64,000 bases of DNA, taken from Candidatus Sulfomarinibacteraceae bacterium. GTDB lineage: Bacteria; Acidobacteriota; Thermoanaerobaculia; Thermoanaerobaculales; Sulfomarinibacteraceae. Both the position numbers and the translations under genes were made by a program. How positions within the stretch are numbered: position 1 is the first letter of the stretch; each line of letters starts with the position of its first letter. Under the pieces are notes generated by a model, which had not been told where the DNA came from, did not search any database, and saw only the letters and a list, made by a program, of their open reading frames with translations. Below are positions 12,084 through 21,399 of the stretch, piece after piece. The stretch spans positions 64,001 to 128,000 of the forward strand of contig CAWCLO010000003.1 of the NCBI GenBank assembly GCA_963796455.1, in the 5' to 3' direction.

Positions 12084-12117
12084 TTTCGGAATTCGAATTT
12101 CGGATTTCGGATTTTCC
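12084..12117. repeat. ATTTCGG heptamer tandem array
   Basis: tttcggaattcgaatttcggatttcggattttcc directly after the sufT stop; complementary to the ATTCCGA arm upstream of sufT. Confidence 0.6.
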
Positions 12118-12271
12118 ACGCCAGCGTCCCCAGTTCTGGCAAAACGCTCCGACAAGAACGCGTGTCTTCAGCTATCGCAGGGTGCCGACTTTCATATTGT
12201 GACGCCATGATACTCGGTGGCGCCAGCGATCTCACCCGCACTCAACACGGAAGTTGATTCCCAGTTGATCC

Positions 12272-12562
12272 TCACATCTCATCGTCGTCGGTCGAAGCCA
12301 GTCGATCGAGGACCCACCCGGAGCTCTCGCCCGCTATCTGATTGATCGCACGGATTCCGCCATAGGTGATCGAAAGCACTCCATCGTGAATTCCCCGCAC
12401 AACCCGCGCCGGCCCGGCGATCGCAGCGATGGATTGCAGCACACGAAAGGGCTTTTCGGCTGCCTGGCGGTGGTGCTTCTCCACAAAGTCGGCACCAATC
12501 CTGACGCCATCGTTAATCAATCGATTCAGGCCGCTGAGTCGTTTCCAGTCTTCGTTATTCAT
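12272..12562 (-). CDS. Small helical hypothetical protein, partner of the upstream alpha/beta hydrolase
   Basis: 96-aa ORF overlapping the hydrolase stop; amphipathic helices (..FVEKHH..GIHDGVLSITYGGIRAIN). Confidence 0.7.
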   Translation of the reverse strand: MNNEDWKRLSGLNRLINDGVRIGADFVEKHHRQAAEKPFRVLQSIAAIAGPARVVRGIHDGVLSITYGGIRAINQIAGESSGWVLDRLASTDDDEM

Positions 12563-13523
12563 CTTCGGTCACCCACTGTTCGACAGCCTCGCAGACAGCT
12601 GGATTCCTGGCCAATGCCAGGTGGTCGAGCCCATCCATGACCCGAACATCGGAGCCCGCCGGCGGGCCGGGTTGAGAACCGAGAGCCCGGCCCGCGGCGC
12701 TGTCCCGCTGCACCATCACGTCCCCAACCGCCTCCACACCGGGCAGAGGCAGACCGACAGCGAAATGATGACGCGCGGTGGCCAGCCACGGAATGGGTAC
12801 GCGGCGATTATTCATCAGTTCGTCAGGATCGAATTCGAACCAGTCCTCTTCGACCAGGTTGCCGAAACGCAGATCCTTGATCCCTTGACTGCGGGTGTTC
12901 AGCAGATCACTCAGAACCCTAGTTGCCGTGGTGGGCAAGAGACCGAGCACCTTGCTCGCCACATTGGTGGCTCTCTCGAGAGGTGCCCCCAGATGGGGCG
13001 ATCCCAGGTAGACGGCGTGACGCACCCGCGAAACCCAGGCGTGGCCGGATTGGCTGCCAACGTGACAGGCGCTGCGGATCACCAAACCTCCCTGGCTGTG
13101 TCCGATGAGCAGCAGTTCCTCGATGGCTGCCTCGTGGTGGACGCAGAGCTGCTCCAGAAGAGCGGCCAATAGTTGGCCGTTTTCGGAAACACGGAGCCCA
13201 GTATTGAATCGGAGATAGAGCGGCGAAAAACCACAGTTCCGCTGCAACTGCTCCCCGAAGCTGCCGCCACCAACCGAGGCGGGGAAGTTCCAGAGTGACT
13301 CATTGCATCCGAGCCCATGCACAAAAACGCAGATCTTGCCGGCTGTTGGTGCCGAGATATCTCGCGGGGCTACGGATTGGTTCTCATGAAAAAAACCCAT
13401 CGGTTGCTGCAACTCGTTATCGACCTGGGAGAGGTAGTCGCCAATCCAGGCGTTGAGCCCGCTGAGTAGGTGTTCCACCAATCCCGGCGATCGACTGGCC
13501 GCTCTTCGGGTCTGTTCTGCCAT
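12555..13523 (-). CDS. PGAP1-like/lipase-family alpha/beta hydrolase
   Basis: VFVHGL oxyanion motif, GHSQGG nucleophile elbow, LGSPHLGAPLE, GDVMV, DHLALARNP; ATG at 13523. Confidence 0.88.
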   Translation of the reverse strand: MAEQTRRAASRSPGLVEHLLSGLNAWIGDYLSQVDNELQQPMGFFHENQSVAPRDISAPTAGKICVFVHGLGCNESLWNFPASVGGGSFGEQLQRNCGFSPLYLRFNTGLRVSENGQLLAALLEQLCVHHEAAIEELLLIGHSQGGLVIRSACHVGSQSGHAWVSRVRHAVYLGSPHLGAPLERATNVASKVLGLLPTTATRVLSDLLNTRSQGIKDLRFGNLVEEDWFEFDPDELMNNRRVPIPWLATARHHFAVGLPLPGVEAVGDVMVQRDSAAGRALGSQPGPPAGSDVRVMDGLDHLALARNPAVCEAVEQWVTEDE

Positions 13524-13565
13524 GGGCGCGAGGCTAGCACATGGTGGTGGAGACGTCTGCAAAGA

Positions 13566-14258
13566 TCACAACTGGAGCAAATAGCCCACACCGTGTTTGG
13601 TCAGGATATGACGCGGGTCGGCAGGATCCGTCTCCAGCTTTTGCCGCAGCGATCGGATGAAGTTGTCCACCGTCCGTGAAGAGCCCTCGAAGTCCCAACC
13701 CCACACATGGTTGAGGATTTCTTCGCGGGTTCTGGGCCGACCCGGAACACTCAACAAGAAACAGAGGAGATCAAATTCTTTGGCCGACATGGGAACTTCG
13801 CCACCACGTAGGCTGACCCGGCGGTTGGCGCGATCGAGCAAGACCTCGCCGAAGGTCAGGGCACGCTCCGTGGGCTTTTCAACCCTGCTCCGCCTGAGCA
13901 TGGCCTCGACCCGGGCCAACAGCTCGCTCAAATCGAAGGGTTTTGCCAGGTAGTCGTCGGCACCGATGTTGAGACCCTCGACCTTGTTTTCGATGCTGCC
14001 GCGGGCGGAGAGGATCAGCACCGGCACATTCTCGCTGTGGAGACGCAACTCGGCCAGAATATCGAGGCCGCTGTATCCCGGGAGCATGATGTCGAGCACG
14101 ATGAGATCCGGACGGAGGTTGAAGGCTTTCTGCATGCCATCGAAACCATCTGTCGCCGTCGCCACCCGGTAGCCGTGGAGCTCGAAGTTGAGCAACAACC
14201 CATCACGAAGCGCACGGTCATCTTCTATCACGAGGATGGTTGCGCCATTGCCTGTCAT
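13566..14258 (-). CDS. OmpR/PhoB-family response regulator
   Basis: ILVIEDD, PDLIVLDIMLP, GADDYLAKPF, wHTH SRTVDNFIRSLRQKLE..GVGY. Confidence 0.96.
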   Translation of the reverse strand: MTGNGATILVIEDDRALRDGLLLNFELHGYRVATATDGFDGMQKAFNLRPDLIVLDIMLPGYSGLDILAELRLHSENVPVLILSARGSIENKVEGLNIGADDYLAKPFDLSELLARVEAMLRRSRVEKPTERALTFGEVLLDRANRRVSLRGGEVPMSAKEFDLLCFLLSVPGRPRTREEILNHVWGWDFEGSSRTVDNFIRSLRQKLETDPADPRHILTKHGVGYLLQL

Positions 14259-15346
14259 CGGACGATCGCCTCGGAGTCGTCGGCCGGGGCCACCGGAAGC
14301 CTCACGATCATGCGGGTCCCCCCTGCCTCGCGGCTGTGGGCTTCAATCGTTCCACCATGGGCAAGGACCAGCGCCTTGGAAATCGCAAGCCCGAGGCCGG
14401 CTCCGGAGGACCTTGCACGCAATCTGTCATCAACTCGATAGAAGGGCTCGAATATTTTGCGACGGTCTCTGGGTGGAATCCCGATCCCGTTGTCCTCCAC
14501 TTCCAGAACCACCTCGCCGGCCACATCGTAGGCCCTGACTGCGATGAGTTTGTCTTTGCCCGAGTACTTGTATGCATTGACCAACAGATTGAGCAACACG
14601 GTGACGATTCCATTCGGATCGTGCGCAACAGGCGCGGTAGAGGACACATCGACCGAGAGCTCCACTTCGCCGGGAACCATCAGCAGAGAGAATCGATCGA
14701 GGGCCGTTTGAACGGCCGCGGTCAACGGCGCCACTCGAAGCTCGATGACCAGCCGGTCCTTGGCCGCACTGCGCCAGGTGAGGACACGATCGACCATCGT
14801 CTCGAGCCACTCGGTCTCGCGAACGATGGTGGCGAGACTCTCCTTGATCTTCTGCGGGTCCTCGTTCAACCGACCGGTCTGCAGCGTCTGTGCGTACATC
14901 CGGATGGCGGACAGCGGTGTTCGAAGCTCGTGGCTGACATTGGCGAGGAAATCAGCCTGCAGCCTGGCGGTGCGCGCTTTGCGGCCGAGCAGGACGGTGG
15001 CTGTGACCGCACCGCCGATCGATGCGACCGCAAAACAAATCACCAATACCCCGACAACTAGATTATTGGTTCGCTCACCCAGGGCGATTGTGACGATACC
15101 GACCGAGGTGGAGAGGATGACCGGCAGAATCACGCCAACGGCCAGGGTCACGATCACTCCGGTCAGACTCAGATTGGGGCCGAGCTTTCGGAGCCGGGTC
15201 ACGACCTGGGCGGGACGGTCGCCGAGAGCGTCCGAGGCCAGCGCCGAGATCCGGGCCCGCGTGGTCGCCGCCTGGTCTCCTTTGGAGGAATGATCAGGTC
15301 CTGATTCCATCACCCACAGTATTGCGCCCTTCGGCGCCGTTGTCAC
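14255..15346 (-). CDS. Sensor histidine kinase with two adjacent TM helices (start may be 15310)
   Basis: H-box VSHELRTPL, N-box NLLVNAYKYS, DNGIGI, FEPFYR, GAGLGLAI. Confidence 0.93.
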   Translation of the reverse strand: MTTAPKGAILWVMESGPDHSSKGDQAATTRARISALASDALGDRPAQVVTRLRKLGPNLSLTGVIVTLAVGVILPVILSTSVGIVTIALGERTNNLVVGVLVICFAVASIGGAVTATVLLGRKARTARLQADFLANVSHELRTPLSAIRMYAQTLQTGRLNEDPQKIKESLATIVRETEWLETMVDRVLTWRSAAKDRLVIELRVAPLTAAVQTALDRFSLLMVPGEVELSVDVSSTAPVAHDPNGIVTVLLNLLVNAYKYSGKDKLIAVRAYDVAGEVVLEVEDNGIGIPPRDRRKIFEPFYRVDDRLRARSSGAGLGLAISKALVLAHGGTIEAHSREAGGTRMIVRLPVAPADDSEAIVR

Positions 15347-15379
15347 AACCTTCCCGGTCGATCATCGAGCTCCGGCCCG

Positions 15380-15397
15380 TCATGACATTTTCATGAC
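15380..15397. promoter_or_regulatory. Candidate OmpR/PhoB-type tandem binding site
   Basis: TCATGAC-attt-TCATGAC (11-bp period) between the divergent kinase and radical SAM genes. Confidence 0.5.
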
Positions 15398-15465
15398 CTC
15401 TGTTTCATAGGCTCGGTTGAATGGGTCGCCAATGCGCGGCCACAAGAATCGGACGGGAGCCGGGC

Positions 15466-17211
15466 ATGGGATCGTGTCAGGAAGTTCAAAGACCTCGAAA
15501 AATCCTTCTCAGCGGTGTCTTCGGGCCCTACGGCGTGGACGACGAGTTCGGCCGCAAAGAAAACATCATGGAGCTCTACCACAATCAGGTGACGAAGGCT
15601 CAGGGGCCCGCATCCTTCCGCTTTCACCACCGTTCTTTCGGGCTCTATTTCATTGCCGCCAACATCGATGCCGATGTGACGATCCTGGATTTTCCGAGTC
15701 GGAGGCGTTTTGCCCGCGAAGTCGAACGTGGCGACTACGACATGGTGGGGATCTCTTTCATCATGCCGAATATGGACAAAGCTCGCGAAATGGCCCGAGT
15801 GGTTCGGGAAAAAGCGCCAACCGCCGAAATCATCCTCGGCGGACACGGTGCGGCCATCGAAGGAGTCGAGCAGCTGATCGACTGCGACCACGTGGTCAAA
15901 GGTGAAGGCATCCGTTGGATGCGCGAGCACCTGGGCCAGAACACCGAGGCGCCCATCCAACACCCCGCACTGCCGAGCGCCGAGTGGATGAGTATCCTCG
16001 GCGTGCCCCTGGTGGGTTCAGCATCCAGCCTGCTGGTTCCTGGTGTCGGATGTGTCAATGGGTGCAGCTTCTGCTCCACCTCCCATTTTTTCAGCAAGCG
16101 CTACACCCCTTTCCTCGACTCCGGCAAAGATCTGTTCGAAACCGCCTGCCGGGTGGCCGACCAACGCGGCACCGACAGCTTCTTTGTCATGGACGAGAAC
16201 TTCCTCAAGGATCGCGACCGGGCCCTTTCGTTGTTGTCGTGCATGGAGCAACATCAACGTTTCTTCCGTTTCCATATCTTCTCCTCGGCGGAGGCCATTA
16301 CCGCCTTTGGTCTCGACAACCTGGTCCGGCTCGGAGTGGATCTGGTGTGGATCGGTTTTGAAAGCAGCAGCCGCCAGTCTGCCTTTACCAAGAATCACGG
16401 TATCGATGCCCGTCGGCTGGTCCAGGATCTGAGGAATCGCGGCATCGCGGTGCTTGCGTCCGGCATTCTGTGCATGGAACATCACACCCCCGACAACATG
16501 CAGGAGGACATCGACTTTCTGGTCGATCTCGAAGCGGATTTTGTTCAGTTCATGCTCCTGACGCCGATCCCGGTGACTGCGCTGTACGAGGATCACAAGC
16601 GTCGCGGGTTGCTGCGGATGGATCTTCCCTTCCAGGAATGGCACGGCCAGAAACGTCTCAGCTACCGTCATCCTGCCTTCAATGACGATGAATCGGAAGC
16701 ATGGATCAACCGCGCCTTCCGCCAGGACTACGAGCAGAACTCGAGCTCCATGTTCCGCATGGCGGAAACGGCCATCCGTGGCTCCGAGCACCTTGCAGAG
16801 ATGACCTCCCGCGACGCCTGTCTCGAGACACGGCTCGCGCAATGCATGGACAAGGCGAAGAGCTGGAGTCTGATTCTCCCGGCCGTTGCCCACAACGCGG
16901 TCAATCCACTGGAAAAAAGAAGAGCAACAGACCTTTACGACCGTGCGCATCAGCTCTTCGGTCGCCGTCTGTGGGAGCGCGCCGCAGGTCTCGGCACCAT
17001 CGCCCTGGCCGGTCTGTGGAAGCTCCGAATCAAGATTTTTGGCGACCGCCTGCAGCCGAGGACCATCGTGACCCGCTACCCCGCTGTGGCGGCGAAAGGC
17101 AAGCTGGCCCATCGGAGGACCACTTTAGATATGGGGCCAACCGGAGTGCAGAAGCTGCCCCCGGCTGCCGCCGCCGTGTCACCGGTTTCGATACTGATCG
17201 GCGAGCGGTGA
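15466..17211 (+). CDS. Cobalamin-dependent radical SAM protein
   Basis: N-terminal B12-binding-like domain (DMVGISF..IILGGHGA..DHVVKGEG), CVNGCSFC, FVMDENF, WIGFES; ATG at 15466 after GGGAG (ORF open from 15421). Confidence 0.9.
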   Translation: MGSCQEVQRPRKILLSGVFGPYGVDDEFGRKENIMELYHNQVTKAQGPASFRFHHRSFGLYFIAANIDADVTILDFPSRRRFAREVERGDYDMVGISFIMPNMDKAREMARVVREKAPTAEIILGGHGAAIEGVEQLIDCDHVVKGEGIRWMREHLGQNTEAPIQHPALPSAEWMSILGVPLVGSASSLLVPGVGCVNGCSFCSTSHFFSKRYTPFLDSGKDLFETACRVADQRGTDSFFVMDENFLKDRDRALSLLSCMEQHQRFFRFHIFSSAEAITAFGLDNLVRLGVDLVWIGFESSSRQSAFTKNHGIDARRLVQDLRNRGIAVLASGILCMEHHTPDNMQEDIDFLVDLEADFVQFMLLTPIPVTALYEDHKRRGLLRMDLPFQEWHGQKRLSYRHPAFNDDESEAWINRAFRQDYEQNSSSMFRMAETAIRGSEHLAEMTSRDACLETRLAQCMDKAKSWSLILPAVAHNAVNPLEKRRATDLYDRAHQLFGRRLWERAAGLGTIALAGLWKLRIKIFGDRLQPRTIVTRYPAVAAKGKLAHRRTTLDMGPTGVQKLPPAAAAVSPVSILIGER

Positions 17212-17240
17212 GGACGACGAACACATCCTCCCGATGGCAC

Positions 17241-17430
17241 CACTCTTGTCCAAGACAGAGCCTCGGATAGCGTTCAGGGACAGCGGCGGGGAACCGCGGC
17301 CGACCACCGGCTACCCCTTCTGTTGAACGGCCCGAAGTTGCCCCTTCACCGCCTGGACTCCTGACCGCTGCCGCCGAACACTGATCGCCGCTCCCTGTCG
17401 CTGACGCGGGACACTGTCGCTGCCGCTGCA
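17241..17430 (-). mobile_element. Empty copy C of the four-helix-bundle-associated dispersed element
   Basis: Minus strand reads CAGCGGCAGCGACAGTGTCC..GGTCAGGAGTCCAGGCGG..CGTTCAACAGAAGGGGTAGCCGGTGG (like the copy A/B left part), then GCTGTCCCTGAACGCTATCCGAG..TTGGACAAGAGTG (like the copy B right end). Confidence 0.8.
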
Positions 17431-17524
17431 ATACGGGTACGGACGCGGGCAACCTCGAACCCGGATATGCCAAAAAGACCCCCAGCGCCCCCTGTTAATC
17501 TGTTGCCGAAACAAGGAGGCATCC

Positions 17525-19210
17525 ATGAGGACAGGTTTCGATCGCAGGCGATTTGTGGCATTGCTTTCGAGCTTTGGTGTGGTCGGAGCGGCGGCCGATC
17601 GCCTCTGGGCGGCTGCCGAAGAAGGGCCAGTCACCGCAAACGATCTCGCCCACGCCGAGAAGATCGCGGGTCTGCAATTCAGCGAAACCGAGCGTAAGCT
17701 CATGGTCGAGGGCATCAACGATCTCAGAGAGGATTTCGAGGCTCTGCGAGAGGTTCCGCTGCCCAATTCAATCTCACCGGCACTGTCCTTCGATCCACGA
17801 CCGGCCGGCTTCGTCTACGACCCTGAGTCGCGGTGCTTCCGTCCATCCCGGCCGGAGGCCGCTGAGCGCCCTGACGATCTCGAGGAGCTGGCGTTCCTTC
17901 CTGTGACCCAGCTCGCCGCCCTCGTGCGGACCCGTCGCGTCTCATCGGTCGAACTGACGAAGATGTACCTCGAGCGCCTCAGACGCCACGGCCCCAAGCT
18001 CCTCTGCGTCATCACCCTCACCGAGGAGCGGGCCCTCGCCAAGGCGCAACGCGCTGATCGCGAGATTGCCACCGGAATCTACCGGGGCCCGCTGCACGGA
18101 ATCCCGTGGGGAGCAAAGGACCTGCTGGCTGTCCGTGGTTACCCCACAACCTGGGGCGCCACTCCCTTCAAAGATCAACATTTTGATGAGGATGCAACGG
18201 TGGTCAAAAGGCTCGACGAGGCGGGTGCGGTGCTCGTCGCCAAGCTCACCATGGGCGCGCTGGCCAACGGCGATGTCTGGTTTGGCGGCAAAACCCGCAA
18301 CCCGTGGAATCCGGAACAAGGATCCCGAGGCTCGTCGGCCGGGTCGGCCTCGGCGGTGGCCGCCGGCCTCGTGGCTTTCGCCATCGGCACCGAAACCCGA
18401 GGATCGATTCTCTCACCATGCACACGCTGTGGCGCGACCGGTCTCCGACCCACCTTCGGACTGGTCAGCAGGCACGGCGCCATGGCCCTCTCCTGGTCGA
18501 TGGACAAGATCGGTCCCATCTGTCGCGCGGTGGAGGATTGCGTTCTGGTTTTCGATGCGATCAACGGTCCGGACGGCCGCGACGAGACCGTGATCGACAT
18601 GCCCTTCTCCTGGCAGGCGGATCGGGACCCCCGCGAGCTTCGGGTCGGCTATCTCCGCTCGGCTTTTGAAACCGAACCGAGCGAAAATCAGCGCGAATGG
18701 AACGATTTCAATCTGGCCACCCTCGAGACCGTGAGGTCGATGGGCATCGAATTGGTGCCCCTCGAACTGCCGGAGTTACCGGTCGGCGCCCTGGGGTTCA
18801 TTCTGAGGGTCGAGGCCGCTGCCGCCTTCGACGAAATGACGCGGACGAATGTCGACGACGAACTGGTGCGCCAGGACCCGAGCGCGTGGCCGAACCGCCT
18901 CCGCACCGCACGCACGGTCCCGGCGGTGGAGTACATACAGGCCAATCGCGTCCGGCGGATCGCCATGCGAGAGATGGCCCGCATCCTCGACGGTATCGAT
19001 GTCTATCTCTCTCCCACCAGGGGCGACAATCTGCGCATCACGAACCTCACCGGCCACCCTGCGGTGGTGTTGCCCAACGGCTTTCGCGCCAACGGCACAC
19101 CGACAAGCATCACTTTTTGCGGCAATCTCTTCCGTGATTCCGAAGCCATGCTGCTGGCCAGGGCCTACCAGGAGGCCACCGACTTCCACCTCCGTCATCC
19201 AGGTATCTAA
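17525..19210 (+). CDS. Amidase-signature family amidase with twin-arginine signal
   Basis: FDRRRFV Tat motif, GPLHGIPWGAKD, GSSAGSA, GTETRGSI; GGAGG RBS. Confidence 0.93.
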   Translation: MRTGFDRRRFVALLSSFGVVGAAADRLWAAAEEGPVTANDLAHAEKIAGLQFSETERKLMVEGINDLREDFEALREVPLPNSISPALSFDPRPAGFVYDPESRCFRPSRPEAAERPDDLEELAFLPVTQLAALVRTRRVSSVELTKMYLERLRRHGPKLLCVITLTEERALAKAQRADREIATGIYRGPLHGIPWGAKDLLAVRGYPTTWGATPFKDQHFDEDATVVKRLDEAGAVLVAKLTMGALANGDVWFGGKTRNPWNPEQGSRGSSAGSASAVAAGLVAFAIGTETRGSILSPCTRCGATGLRPTFGLVSRHGAMALSWSMDKIGPICRAVEDCVLVFDAINGPDGRDETVIDMPFSWQADRDPRELRVGYLRSAFETEPSENQREWNDFNLATLETVRSMGIELVPLELPELPVGALGFILRVEAAAAFDEMTRTNVDDELVRQDPSAWPNRLRTARTVPAVEYIQANRVRRIAMREMARILDGIDVYLSPTRGDNLRITNLTGHPAVVLPNGFRANGTPTSITFCGNLFRDSEAMLLARAYQEATDFHLRHPGI

Positions 19211-19251
19211 GGAGGATTTATCCCCCTCGCTCGGATCTTGCCCACAGCGGT

Positions 19252-20070
19252 TCAGCCCTCCGATTTAAAGAGTCTCTCCAACTCAGCAAGTTCCCTCGGA
19301 CCAAGACCACCCGAGCGGTGACCGGCGGCCCGGCACAGCATGGCCACCTTCGCCGCTTTGTTCGCCGTGTCGATTCGGTCGAAGGCCTCGGCGGGGGTGG
19401 CGCCGATCGCCAGACACCCATGGAACTGCCATAGCGCCACCGTGTGGCCCTGACGGATCTTCTTCTCAGTTTCCTTGGCCAATGCATCGGAGCCGGGAGG
19501 CTTGTAGCGCACGAGCCCGACTCCCCGCGGCAGATAGACCTTCACCTCGGGGATCATCGACCACAGGATCTGATTGAGACGCGCCTCGTTGCGGCCATCC
19601 GGAAGGTGGGTCAAGGCGATGAGCTCGGTCGGGTGGGTGTGCAGCACCACATTGTGGGGCGAGTCATTTTCGATCATCGAGCTGTGAAGCCTCAAGTGGG
19701 CCGGGAGCTCCGAGGTCGGCCGAAAATGTGGCACCTCGAGCCCACCAAAGATCACCGAGTAGCTCCCGCCATGACCATCGAGCCTCAGCAACTGGCTGTT
19801 GTGTTCGGCATCGCGCGAAAAGTCGCGAAACCGCCGGCCGCTCCCTGTCACCAACAAGGTCCTCCCCGCCAGCAAAGGAAATGCTTCGGGAAGACGCTCG
19901 CCAGACGTCATGGGCGGCGCCGCGATTCCGGCGCAGGCTTTGCTCACATCGATGGACAGATTGCCGGCGTTGCTTTCGGCCCATCCCCGATCCCACAAAT
20001 ATCCCGACACTTCCTGCGCATCACGGATGACCTGCGCAATGGGTGACTGGCCTGTGAGATCGATCATCAT
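19252..20070 (-). CDS. rhaD: Rhamnulose-1-phosphate aldolase (class II aldolase)
   Basis: GWAESNAGNLS, VTGSG, PTSELPAH, HTHPTELIALT, WQFHG, AFDRIDTANKAA; ATG at 20070 after AGGAG. Confidence 0.85.
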   Translation of the reverse strand: MMIDLTGQSPIAQVIRDAQEVSGYLWDRGWAESNAGNLSIDVSKACAGIAAPPMTSGERLPEAFPLLAGRTLLVTGSGRRFRDFSRDAEHNSQLLRLDGHGGSYSVIFGGLEVPHFRPTSELPAHLRLHSSMIENDSPHNVVLHTHPTELIALTHLPDGRNEARLNQILWSMIPEVKVYLPRGVGLVRYKPPGSDALAKETEKKIRQGHTVALWQFHGCLAIGATPAEAFDRIDTANKAAKVAMLCRAAGHRSGGLGPRELAELERLFKSEG

Positions 20071-20129
20071 GGCTCCTCGAATAGGGCGAAAACTCACGCC
20101 AGGATACCCGATCGCGTTACGATGGGCAC

Positions 20130-20894
20130 TTGAAGAATCGTCCTCTATTCCGACCCCGCCTCTACGGCCACCGCGGCGCGCCGGCGCATCTGCCTGAAAA
20201 TACGATGGCGGCCTTCGAACGGGCGCTGGCCGATGGCGCCAATGCGCTCGAGCTCGACGTACATCCAACCGTCGACGGACATTTCATGGTCGCCCACGAT
20301 GCCGACGGCCTGAGGATGGCCGGTGAAGCGGAGGAGATCCGCGCCCTCCCGCTCGATCGTGTGCGGTGCTGGAAGATCGGTGGCTGCCATCAGGTCCCGA
20401 TCCTCACCGAAGTACTCGAGGCTTTTCCCGGCGTTCCGATGAGCATCGATCTCAAACCGGACGACCCCGATGCGGTTCCCGCTCTGCTCGAGGTCATCGC
20501 CCGTCACGGTGCCGAAAATCGGGTAACCCTGGCCAGCTTCAGCACACCGGTGGTGCAACGGATCCGCAGCCTTGGATACACCGGACGCACGACCCTTTCA
20601 AAGCAGGAGGTGGCCCTGCTTCGCTTCTTACCGGCGGTCATTGCGAGACGCTACGTCCACGGCGATGCCGCTCACATCCCGACTCATTCCGGACCGATCC
20701 GCCTCGACAACACTGCATTCATCAACCGTTGCCGGGCCCTGGATTTACGGATCGAGTACTGGGTGGTGGATGATCCCGTCGAAGCCCGCCGCCTGCTCGA
20801 GCTCGGCGCAACCGGCATCATGACCGACGATCCCGCCGCCATCGCACCAATTTTTCGCGATTTTGCCCCTGGGGGGCCTGAGAGACTCGCCTGA
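20130..20894 (+). CDS. Glycerophosphodiester phosphodiesterase family protein
   Basis: GHRGA..PENTMAAF, ELDVH, HD, GIMTDDP. Confidence 0.92.
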   Translation: MKNRPLFRPRLYGHRGAPAHLPENTMAAFERALADGANALELDVHPTVDGHFMVAHDADGLRMAGEAEEIRALPLDRVRCWKIGGCHQVPILTEVLEAFPGVPMSIDLKPDDPDAVPALLEVIARHGAENRVTLASFSTPVVQRIRSLGYTGRTTLSKQEVALLRFLPAVIARRYVHGDAAHIPTHSGPIRLDNTAFINRCRALDLRIEYWVVDDPVEARRLLELGATGIMTDDPAAIAPIFRDFAPGGPERLA

Positions 20895-20955
20895 GGCCAG
20901 CTCTCTGCCAACTCTGCGAACGATCATGAAAACGGTGAAGAGATAATATGACCCC

Positions 20956-21399
20956 ATGAAAAAAATCAGCGGTCCACCGTCTCCTTCCGACCCAGACACC
21001 GGGTTCTGGCAGGGGCGATCGATCGCGCGGGTCGCCACCAGTCCCGATGGGATGACCGTTCTGGTCGGGCGCACCGCACGCGACAACGATGTGTTGTCGA
21101 TCAAGGTCGCAGCACCGCGGGACTTCTGGTTTCACGTTGCCGGTGAGTCCGGCTCCCACGTGGTGGTGCGCAACCCCGACAAGCTCGAGGCACTGCCGCG
21201 CGAGACCAAGCGTTTTGCGGCCTCGCTCGCCGCCGGCTACTCCAAGGCGCGCCGCGGCGGCAAGGTGGCGGTCCATATGGCCCGGGCGGGAGACGTTTCG
21301 AAGGCTCGTGGCCTCGCCCCTGGAAAAGTCCATCTGCGTCGCTTTCAGACCGTTCACGCGAGCCCTCTAAGGCTTGAAGAAGACGGAGAACAACCATGA
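20956..21399 (+). CDS. Stand-alone NFACT RNA-binding domain (DUF814) protein
   Basis: VGRTARDNDVL, DFWFHV...GSHVVV, AASLAAGYSKAR, PGKV. Confidence 0.9.
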   Translation: MKKISGPPSPSDPDTGFWQGRSIARVATSPDGMTVLVGRTARDNDVLSIKVAAPRDFWFHVAGESGSHVVVRNPDKLEALPRETKRFAASLAAGYSKARRGGKVAVHMARAGDVSKARGLAPGKVHLRRFQTVHASPLRLEEDGEQP

